A stretch of DNA of 64,000 nucleotides from an uncultured Methanosarcinales archaeon (GTDB lineage Archaea > Nanobdellota > Nanobdellia > Woesearchaeales > ARS49). How positions within the stretch are numbered: position 1 is the stretch's first letter; every line of letters starts with the position of its first letter. Positions 45,532 to 52,976 of the stretch are shown piece by piece. Position numbers and translations under genes: made by a program. Where the stretch lies: contig CAYGYR010000004.1 in the NCBI GenBank assembly GCA_964354285.1, positions 10,284 through 74,283 on the forward strand. The letters are read 5' to 3'. The notes beneath the pieces were generated by a model. It was not told the DNA's origin, made no database searches, and saw nothing but the letters and a program-made list of their open reading frames with translations.

Positions 45532-46980
45532 TTAACCACCTTTTGCATAGAGCTTTCCCATCTTCCTCAGCCATGCCGTGTAAAAGTCCTTTGGCTTTGT
45601 ATGGCAGTCACATGCCCCTCTTGAGCCAAGCATTCCAATGCGCACAGGTTCTGTGCTAATGTACTTCAAAATACCCCTGATTGGCTCCCCATATTTGTGG
45701 CTCTCAAGCACTGCGCCTGCCTCATTCACAATCATTCCGCCAACAATCTGGTTGCTTATGATGACACTCGGCTCTGCAGCATGAATGCAGCGCTGAGGCT
45801 TGAAGTTCTGCAGGGCAAGATCATCGATAGTGAGCTGGCACTGCAGGCAGCTTGTCTTTCCAGGGACATACACAGTTGCCTGCCCTGACTTGAAATCAGT
45901 GCCGCCGCTGATCAATGGAATCTGCATGGTGCGTGCATAATAATTCAGCAGTGCCCTTGTCTTGAAATTGTCAACACTATCTATGATTAAAGCAGGCCTG
46001 TTTGCTTTCAGGTATTTGCCAAAATTCGTGCCTACACGATTAAAGCTATACTCCCACTCCATGCCTGGATTGATTTTCTTAAGCTTTTCAACAAGCGCCT
46101 CTGCCTTGCGCTTTCCAACAGAGTCATAGAACAGCACCTGCCTGTTAAGGTTGGTCTCCTCAACAATATCATCATCAAAGATTGTTACCTTGCTTGCGCC
46201 GCGGATTGCGAGCCCAAGCCCAACAAAATTCCCAAGCGCGCCAGCACCAACAAGCACTACATTGCCATTGTTCTTCTGCGTTTCAGCAGGCATCTCCATA
46301 TTGTTTGCATAGCCTGTCCTTTCCTTTGAGAGCAGATTATATGAAACAATCCTGTCAAGAGGCCTGTCATTCAATGGCATGATGAGCTTTCTTGCCTCGT
46401 CAGCAACCAGGCCGCCAATCACCATGCTTGTCGCAGCGCTCTGCTCTTTTGCCCTGTATTCAGGAAAAAGATACTTTTCATCAAGCCTGCCAAGCGAAAC
46501 AGCAATCTCGCTGCTTTCAGCAGAGCTGGCTGCTGATATCACAGGCTTTCCGATTCTCTGCCCGTAATCAAGCGCGATGAGCTTTGAGCACGGGTCATTT
46601 GTGCAGTCAATAATCAGGTCAAGGCCGCCGAGCAGGCTTGCCTGGCTTGCGTAATCAAAGCTGATGCTAATTCCTTTCACATCAACTGTGGGGTTTATCT
46701 TCTTCAGCATGTCCTCAAGAGATTTTGCCTTGCTGCTGCCTTTTCTTGACCAGGAGCAAAGAAACTCCTCTCTGTTCTTAGGGTCTGCCCTGCCAACGTC
46801 GTATATCTCAATGTGGCCAAAGCCAAGGGCAGTGAGGGGAAGCGCAACAAACTGCGCAAGAGAGCCTGACCCAATTATGCCAACCCTTGCATTCTCAAGC
46901 AGGGCCTGGTTCCAGCCCTCAATCCTGTTCTGCCTGTCATACCTTGCGATTTTGCTTATTTCTGGGAAGATTGCTTGCAT
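45532..46980 (-). CDS. E1-like activating enzyme with tandem ThiF/MoeB Rossmann domains
   Basis: Domain 1: RYDRQ..VGIIGSGSLAQ but KNREE instead of NLNRQ. Domain 2: VLVGAGALGNFVG..FDDDIVEETNLNRQ..IDSVDNFKTR..CLQC..RCIHAAEP..CDCH. GGAGGTGGAGGA directly before the ATG. Confidence 0.88.
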   Translation of the reverse strand: MQAIFPEISKIARYDRQNRIEGWNQALLENARVGIIGSGSLAQFVALPLTALGFGHIEIYDVGRADPKNREEFLCSWSRKGSSKAKSLEDMLKKINPTVDVKGISISFDYASQASLLGGLDLIIDCTNDPCSKLIALDYGQRIGKPVISAASSAESSEIAVSLGRLDEKYLFPEYRAKEQSAATSMVIGGLVADEARKLIMPLNDRPLDRIVSYNLLSKERTGYANNMEMPAETQKNNGNVVLVGAGALGNFVGLGLAIRGASKVTIFDDDIVEETNLNRQVLFYDSVGKRKAEALVEKLKKINPGMEWEYSFNRVGTNFGKYLKANRPALIIDSVDNFKTRALLNYYARTMQIPLISGGTDFKSGQATVYVPGKTSCLQCQLTIDDLALQNFKPQRCIHAAEPSVIISNQIVGGMIVNEAGAVLESHKYGEPIRGILKYISTEPVRIGMLGSRGACDCHTKPKDFYTAWLRKMGKLYAKGG

Positions 46981-49895
46981 TCCTCCACCTCCGCAATTGC
47001 TTTTGCGAATTTTTCAAGAACAGCATCAGGGTCTTCAGCGCCATTGCTGCGGTACGCATTCACGAAATCCACCAGGAACTCCCTCAGCTGCTGCTTTTTT
47101 CCAGGCGCAATAAAGCAGGTCAAGTCAAGCAGAAGCTGGTTTGCAATCATTTTCTTGTCTTTTTCTGTATAAAAGTAGTCAGTGCTCCATTCCAAGTCTG
47201 ATTTGAGCTCCCCTGCTGACTTAAGCGCACTGTCAAAGGCCACAAACTTTTCAGGCCCTATTATGTCTTCAAGGACGCTTCCTGCCCATGAGCAATATTT
47301 CCTCTTGCATGGCTTCTTGTCAAAGCACCATCCTTCCATTGTGTAATCAGATACTGCTTTGGCAAATGCATTCGCAGCCATTGAATCGCGGGCAAATTCA
47401 GTCATCTGGCCATAAAACTCTGGAATCTTCTCTGGCTTGAAGCCGGCAATGAATTCAAGGAACAGCCTGTCCTTTATCTCTGCCTCAGATGGCTTGCCCT
47501 CGCTGCACCAGTCAAACCGCTTCCTGACTTCATCTTCTATCGCAACATTTTCCTCCAGCACTTTTTTTGTGCCGTCAGCCAGTGCCTTTTTAAAAGGCTT
47601 CTTGATATCATCCTCTTTCTTGCCTGCCAGCTTTATGAGGAAGCTGCCAAGCCATGCAGCATATTCCCCGCCATTGAACATGTATTCTTTTGCTGACTGG
47701 AAGAAAGAATCAAAAATCCCGCCATACACCTTTTCAAATATCTCCTTGCGCTCTTTCTCTGTCGGATCAAAGCTTGGCTTTGCAGGAACAAATTTGTGCT
47801 CATAGCTGCTGTGTTTTGCCGCAATATGCAGGTCTTCTGTAACTGCTCCTGGCATTGCTGCCCTTGGGCAATCATAAAAATCCCAGTCAACCGCGTGTTT
47901 TGCTTCTTTTTCATTGCCCTCTGCTTCTTTCTTGAAATATTTCTCAAGAACAGAATCTTTGTCTTTTTCTTTAAGGAACTCTGCCACAAACTGCCTGAAT
48001 TCAGCGCTATTCAAGAGCTCAGCAGATGCCTTCTCAAGCATCTTGTCCCTCCCCCAGCTATTATAGCTGGGCCTTTTAAGACTGGATTTCTTGAATGTTT
48101 TCAGGTTGCACCTGGCTGCACGCAGGAAACTATCGCCGCGGCCAGTATATCCGTGCTTGAAATCCTGGAATGTGTCGACAGCCCACTCGTTATACTGGTA
48201 TGGCTTCTTGTCTGCATAGCTGTCTTCTATGTACGCAGTGAATGCATCAAGAAAGTGCTCTGCAAGCCCAGAAGCGTTTTCATTTTGCTTTGTGATATCT
48301 TTCCTGACAAGCGCAACAAGAGGGTCATCGCTGCCATTCTTTTCTGGCTTTTCTTTAATTATCCTTACAGGAATCTTCACAGCACTATCTTTCTTTTTAT
48401 CTTCAGCATCTGCTTTTTCTGATGGCTTTGCTTCTTTTTTTTCAGGGGGCTCTTCATTTTCTTCAGTATCTTCTATTTTTGCGCTTTTGTATTCATTTAA
48501 TGCATTGATGGCCTTCACTTTTTCTTTTCCATCAATAAATCCCTCTACGAGCTGGCAGAGTGTCTGGCTTTTTGACAGCTCTTCAGCAAATCTGGGGACA
48601 AATTTGCGCCTGTGCTTCTCTTTGGAGTAGCTTATGACGAAATATGTTTTTGCGCTGTTTGCGAAATTAATTGATTCAACAAAATCTCTCTGGTCTATTA
48701 TGTAATTCGTGAAGACCCTGTTAAGCCACTTCCGTGAGGCTTCTTTCTGGCTATTGTCTGTGATATACTCTTTTGCAGCTTCATAGAACTGCTCTGCAAG
48801 CTTGCTGAAATCAGAAGGCTTTTCTTTCTCTTCAGCAGACTTCTTTGCTTCTTCTTCTTTTTCTTCTTCTGCTTTCTGCTCCTCTTTCTTTTCCAGCTCT
48901 TCCTGCTTTTTTCTTTCTTCCTCTGCATGCTTCTTGTCTTCCTCTACTTTCTTCTCATATGCTTTTTTCTTATGCTCCTTCAGGCTGTTTAGCTCTTTCT
49001 CAATCTTTTCATTGATTGAGTCAACTGCATCAGGCTTTTTGCTGTCTCCGCAAAACCAGCCGACAACATAATCAAAAAAGTCAAACCAGCCCCAGCGCCT
49101 TGCATCCTTCGCCTTGGAGACTGCGATTTTTGTCACAGGCGCGTATCTCCCGACCTTCAGTTTCTTATAGACTTCGTCTTCCATCAGCTTTGCATCAATG
49201 CTGACATCAGTCTCAATTTCACTTAGCATGAAGCCCGCTGCTTTTTTTGGATTCTTAAGAACCCACTTGTTGTCAGGCCCAAGCTCTTTTGCCTGCACTT
49301 CAGTATAGACATCGCCCAGTATATTAACGACAACAGAGTATGCCCATGAGCTGGAATTCTTTTTCTTCACATCAGCATCTTTCAGGTGCTCTGCGTTTAT
49401 TGCATAGCCTCCCAGGTCAAGCTTTCCGTTTTTTACAAGGTCCTCAAGCTTCACGTCTTCGTATTCTGTCTTTAAAGTATTTGGTGCAACAGAGTGCACG
49501 ACTGTCTCGAAATTATTAACATCTGTGCCTGAATGGAACACGCCAAAGCGTGCGTGAGAATGCCACCATCCAACAATCTTGTAGCCTTTTGGATCAACTG
49601 CTTCAGCAGCCCTTACAACATCCTCACCATCAATTTTACAGTACCCGCCTGAATATACCTGGTTGTCTGCAAGATATGCGTCAACAACAAGGTCTGTATC
49701 ATCATCTTTCATTGCAAGCAAAAAGCCATAGCACTCATTTGCAGAGCCAGTTATCCTCTCAACAAGCCTCGCGTATGTCTTTGCCTTTAGCAATGCGCCA
49801 GGAGTTATGTTCACTTTCGCAGGCCCTGCCTCTTTTTTAGCTGCCTCCTTTATGGAATACGGCTTTGAGTTCAATACTTCATCAAGATTAAACAT
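46956..49895 (-). CDS. giant JAB/MPN+ (JAMM) metalloprotease-domain protein
   Basis: ANECYGFLLA (Glu) and HSHARFGVFHSGTD (HxHx7Sx2D) at 49521-49562; K/E-rich linker; about 600-aa helical C-terminal region; TAATG junction with the E2-like gene, GGAGGTG SD. Confidence 0.85.
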   Translation of the reverse strand: MFNLDEVLNSKPYSIKEAAKKEAGPAKVNITPGALLKAKTYARLVERITGSANECYGFLLAMKDDDTDLVVDAYLADNQVYSGGYCKIDGEDVVRAAEAVDPKGYKIVGWWHSHARFGVFHSGTDVNNFETVVHSVAPNTLKTEYEDVKLEDLVKNGKLDLGGYAINAEHLKDADVKKKNSSSWAYSVVVNILGDVYTEVQAKELGPDNKWVLKNPKKAAGFMLSEIETDVSIDAKLMEDEVYKKLKVGRYAPVTKIAVSKAKDARRWGWFDFFDYVVGWFCGDSKKPDAVDSINEKIEKELNSLKEHKKKAYEKKVEEDKKHAEEERKKQEELEKKEEQKAEEEKEEEAKKSAEEKEKPSDFSKLAEQFYEAAKEYITDNSQKEASRKWLNRVFTNYIIDQRDFVESINFANSAKTYFVISYSKEKHRRKFVPRFAEELSKSQTLCQLVEGFIDGKEKVKAINALNEYKSAKIEDTEENEEPPEKKEAKPSEKADAEDKKKDSAVKIPVRIIKEKPEKNGSDDPLVALVRKDITKQNENASGLAEHFLDAFTAYIEDSYADKKPYQYNEWAVDTFQDFKHGYTGRGDSFLRAARCNLKTFKKSSLKRPSYNSWGRDKMLEKASAELLNSAEFRQFVAEFLKEKDKDSVLEKYFKKEAEGNEKEAKHAVDWDFYDCPRAAMPGAVTEDLHIAAKHSSYEHKFVPAKPSFDPTEKERKEIFEKVYGGIFDSFFQSAKEYMFNGGEYAAWLGSFLIKLAGKKEDDIKKPFKKALADGTKKVLEENVAIEDEVRKRFDWCSEGKPSEAEIKDRLFLEFIAGFKPEKIPEFYGQMTEFARDSMAANAFAKAVSDYTMEGWCFDKKPCKRKYCSWAGSVLEDIIGPEKFVAFDSALKSAGELKSDLEWSTDYFYTEKDKKMIANQLLLDLTCFIAPGKKQQLREFLVDFVNAYRSNGAEDPDAVLEKFAKAIAEVEECKQSSQK

Positions 49896-51367
49896 TAATC
49901 CCACCTCCGTTGTTCTTGGTTCTTGCGTATCTTGACAATATTTTTATTAAAGACAGGAATGTTGTTTTTTTGGATGCGCTCTTCTGAAATCACGTAATCC
50001 CCGAAATGATAATCATCAAGATTTGCCATTGGCGTATGATGTGACATGTCGAAATAGCCCTGCAGAACCACTCCTTTTGCATCAGAAAGAAAAGTCAGCA
50101 CGCTCTCTAATGAAGGAAGCCTTCTTGTGCGCTCATAATCATAGTTTCCTAAGCAAATACGCCCGTTAACTGCATTTAAGCCAGTAAAAGGATGCGGGTA
50201 ATTTCCAAGGACAATTGGGTCCTGCACATAAATTCCATTCCCATCATTTACCAATTGAACAGCAATCTTTCCTTTTTTGAACAGGTAATACTTGCCGTTA
50301 TGCGGGCTCTGAAGCGCATACTGCTCAGGCGTCTCGACATAGACATAATACTTGTTATCCTTTTTCAGGAATCCCACGCCTGATTTTTCATAATTATTTG
50401 ACTGAAGAATCTCCCTTAATGCCTGCCTTTCTTTTTGAGCTTCTGTAAGCGCAGCTGACTGGACGCCATTATTCCTTAATGCATCTATCTTGAACTTCTT
50501 TGCAAGCCTGCGCACATAGCTCTGGTATATTTCAGGCATCTGCTGGTGGGACCGCTGAAAGCTGAACTTTTGGGCGCCTATGAATACGGAAACGCCGTTC
50601 TGCTCCTTTGCTTCTGGAACAAGGTCATAGACACGCCCCCCGAAAATGGCAATAGAACCATGCAAAAGGCTTCCAAAAACAGAGCTGTCTGTGCTGTCCT
50701 CCTCTTCGAGCAGTGTTTTTCCAGGGGCATACTCCTGCAGGATGCTGATAATCTGGTTCTCTGTTTGTTTGCTTCTGGCAGGCATGTAATTAACATTGCC
50801 ATATTTTGCTCTTAAGAGATCCTCGATATTTCCTGCTTGCTGCGGGGCCTTTTCTGCCTGCTGCGCACAAAGCTCAGAGTCTAAATACTCTTTCTCAACT
50901 TTTCTTATCAACTTTTCAATGATTGCATTGTTTTCGCGTATGTCAATGTCAGAAACAGCGTCGCTAAGCGCGGCCTTAGGCGCTTTTTCCTGCGCGCCTG
51001 CTTTCACGCCGAGCAGATCCTTTATCTCCTTCTCCTCATATGCCCGCGTCAGCGCAGGAAGAACGTCTCTCACAATAAAAGAAAGAACTGCATTCTCTTC
51101 AAGAGCTCTTTTTGCAGCATCATTCTCCTTTACTTCCTTCTTGATTGTTGCTTCCAGAAAAGACTTCTGAAAATCCGCTATTTCCTGCTTTGCGCGTTCG
51201 AGAAAAATATTTTCATGAGTCCCAATGTCATCAAGCTTTGCCAGGCTCAGGCGCTTGCTGTAAGCCACAAGGCACCCGTCTTCCTGCCTCTCCCCAACAA
51301 CATAGATTTTCCCGTTGTGGAATATCACAGGATCCCACTCAAGCAAAAAATACGGCTTTAGCTCCAT
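49895..51367 (-). CDS. E2/UBC-like protein with large N-terminal extension
   Basis: C-terminal YPHPFTGLNAVNGRICLGN (50147-50194) resembles the HPN-x8-11-G-x-I-C-L E2 active-site signature; GGAGGG SD. Confidence 0.55.
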   Translation of the reverse strand: MELKPYFLLEWDPVIFHNGKIYVVGERQEDGCLVAYSKRLSLAKLDDIGTHENIFLERAKQEIADFQKSFLEATIKKEVKENDAAKRALEENAVLSFIVRDVLPALTRAYEEKEIKDLLGVKAGAQEKAPKAALSDAVSDIDIRENNAIIEKLIRKVEKEYLDSELCAQQAEKAPQQAGNIEDLLRAKYGNVNYMPARSKQTENQIISILQEYAPGKTLLEEEDSTDSSVFGSLLHGSIAIFGGRVYDLVPEAKEQNGVSVFIGAQKFSFQRSHQQMPEIYQSYVRRLAKKFKIDALRNNGVQSAALTEAQKERQALREILQSNNYEKSGVGFLKKDNKYYVYVETPEQYALQSPHNGKYYLFKKGKIAVQLVNDGNGIYVQDPIVLGNYPHPFTGLNAVNGRICLGNYDYERTRRLPSLESVLTFLSDAKGVVLQGYFDMSHHTPMANLDDYHFGDYVISEERIQKNNIPVFNKNIVKIRKNQEQRRWD

Positions 51368-51380
51368 ATAGTTCCCTCCA

Positions 51381-51409
51381 AAAAAAATTAAGCCCCAAAA
51401 TTAAGGGGC
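51381..51409 (-). terminator. hairpin plus T8 run between the Ubl and E2 genes (attenuator candidate)
   Basis: Minus strand GCCCC-TTAATTTT-GGGGC immediately after the Ubl stop, then TTAATTTTTTTT. Confidence 0.4.
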
Positions 51410-51808
51410 CTAAATTTTGTACTCCAGACCTCCTTCCTGGACACTTGCGACTGCTATCTCAGCAAGGCCATACTGCACCTTGTTGCCGTCCTCAAGATCC
51501 TTGTTTTGAGGCTTGATGTATTTCTCAAGAATCTCTTCTTTTATCTTCTCTGCAGTCACAGAGTCAACCCCATTAAGCATTATGACGTATTTTCCTGTCT
51601 TTTTCATCTCCTGCTTGATGGAGTCTGCAATGCTCCTCTCCTTGTCGTCCTTCAGCTGGTCTGGCCTTGTCGCATACTTTATTGCGTCGTCCAGCGACTT
51701 CTTTTCCAGCTCAGGGGGAATTCTCCTAACGATTGCTTCCTTTGACATTCCGCCCCTGACACTAATTATCTGCGGTATATCGACCGCAACTGCTTCTTCT
51801 TCTGGCAT
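51410..51808 (-). CDS. ubiquitin-like modifier candidate (Gly-Gly plus 5-residue tail)
   Basis: 132 aa from ATG at 51808 (GGAGGT SD, 7-nt spacer); ends ...ASVQEGG-LEYKI; C-terminal about 55 aa have a beta-grasp-like alternation; first gene of the operon. Confidence 0.5.
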   Translation of the reverse strand: MPEEEAVAVDIPQIISVRGGMSKEAIVRRIPPELEKKSLDDAIKYATRPDQLKDDKERSIADSIKQEMKKTGKYVIMLNGVDSVTAEKIKEEILEKYIKPQNKDLEDGNKVQYGLAEIAVASVQEGGLEYKI

Positions 51809-51904
51809 TTTGGTTACCTCCAAACATTTTTTATTTTTGAGGGCTCACAAATGTGTGTTACCTCCCAGAGCTAAAGCTATATGTCTTAGCCCTGAATTAT
51901 TTTT

Positions 51905-52068
51905 TTGAAGAGCCCGAAGATGTTGCGGCTTCAACGCACAAATTTTAAATACTTGAAAAACCCAAATATCTGCGTTGAAACCTGCCCCGGTTTCTTCAGG
52001 TTCCTCCTGGCCCCTGGCTAGGAAGGAACTTTCTTTTCGCGTAACTAAAAAGCTATTTGCTTTTTAGT
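51905..52068 (-). promoter_or_regulatory. GC-elevated multi-hairpin intergenic region upstream of the Ubl operon
   Basis: 10-bp perfect hairpin 52044-52068; 52000-52029 stem; GAAACC/GGTTTC 51977-51994 overlapping the 9-bp pair TTCAACGCA/TGCGTTGAA (51930-38 / 51971-79). Confidence 0.35.
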
Positions 52069-52082
52069 ATCAACAGAACTCG

Positions 52083-52577
52083 CTAATGCGAGTTTGTTGT
52101 ATCCCAGTCAAGGTGAATTTGATTTATTGCGCATTCAAGATCTTTAACTTGAGCATCAATGAATTCATGCAGCTTATTCTGATCTTCATACTCGCATCCC
52201 TCTTCTGACTTAAATTGAGGTATGAGGAATTGTATTGTCTCAACAGACGCTATCTCTCCGATAAAATTGAGGCAGGCGATTGCGTATCGCAAGTCCTTGA
52301 TTGCGCCTTCATAATCTTTTTTCATCCATTTCTTTCCATAGCCTTCGCTTGGGTCTGAGTAGTATTGTATTTCCTTGAATAACTGCTGGATTGTCTCTGG
52401 CCCATACTTCACGCCGCAATCAGGGTTGAAATCAGCCATAACTTCTTTGAAATCTTTCACTTCTTTCTGCAGCCTGTCAAGAAGAGTGGCCTTTTGTTCT
52501 TTGGGAGCTGGAATGCCAAGTATATCATAACCTGTTTTATCTTTTTGCTGTTGGTACTGGCCGGTTTTTCTTTGCAT
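52083..52577 (-). CDS. hypothetical helical protein
   Basis: ATG at 52577 preceded by GAGGAGGT; 164 aa. Confidence 0.5.
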   Translation of the reverse strand: MQRKTGQYQQQKDKTGYDILGIPAPKEQKATLLDRLQKEVKDFKEVMADFNPDCGVKYGPETIQQLFKEIQYYSDPSEGYGKKWMKKDYEGAIKDLRYAIACLNFIGEIASVETIQFLIPQFKSEEGCEYEDQNKLHEFIDAQVKDLECAINQIHLDWDTTNSH

Positions 52578-52641
52578 TTTTTTTACCTCCTCATAAAACA
52601 TATACAGATGTTATTGTATATATTTCTGGTGCATGTGTATC

Positions 52642-52776
52642 CTAGTTAACACGTTTTGAACATGTTTTTGCAAAGCTGTTATTATTATCATGCACGACCC
52701 ATTCATAACATGTTTGATGCATGGCATGGCAAATAACTTTTGAATATTCTTTATATTCTGCATATTTTTCGCTCAT
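52642..52776 (-). CDS. possible 44-aa Cys/His small protein
   Basis: MSEKYAEYKEYSKVICHAMHQTCYEW...; sits in an otherwise empty 375-nt gap; weak support. Confidence 0.25.
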   Translation of the reverse strand: MSEKYAEYKEYSKVICHAMHQTCYEWVVHDNNNSFAKTCSKRVN

Positions 52777-52976
52777 TTTTGTTGTATAACTTAAGTAAAA
52801 ATAAAAAATGCTGTTGAATACTTTTCTACACCGCAGCTTAATAAATGCCTGGCAGAGTCTGGTTATGTTAAACATATCAGGTACATATTTTTTTCTCTTT
52901 AAACATGTTATAACATCAGTACTGTTGTAAAATACTTAATTACTACTGACGCCTTTTTGTCAGCAGTGATGCACAT

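Noticed and set aside
46182-47201. Multiple plus-strand 60-150-aa ORFs across the E1 gene and the JAB 3' end
   Set aside because: They are antisense to frames carrying clear ThiF motifs, have biased composition and no SD or TATA context.
48229-49071. Plus-strand ORFs (133 aa, 89 aa) and an out-of-frame K-rich minus ORF inside the JAB gene
   Set aside because: They are low-complexity S/F or K/R mirror images of the K/E-rich linker, and the JAMM-containing frame is continuous through this region.
51905-52040. Possible tRNA or other known RNA in the GC-rich gap upstream of the Ubl gene
   Set aside because: I could not build a cloverleaf. There is no GTTCRANNC T-loop and no 7-bp acceptor pairing on either strand, and I recognised no C/D-box (RUGAUGA...CUGA) pair.
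52642-52875. Full 77-aa ORF-track reading
   Set aside because: The N-terminal 33 residues are F/Y/I-rich and overlap a likely promoter. Only the 44-aa C-terminal part is kept, at low confidence.
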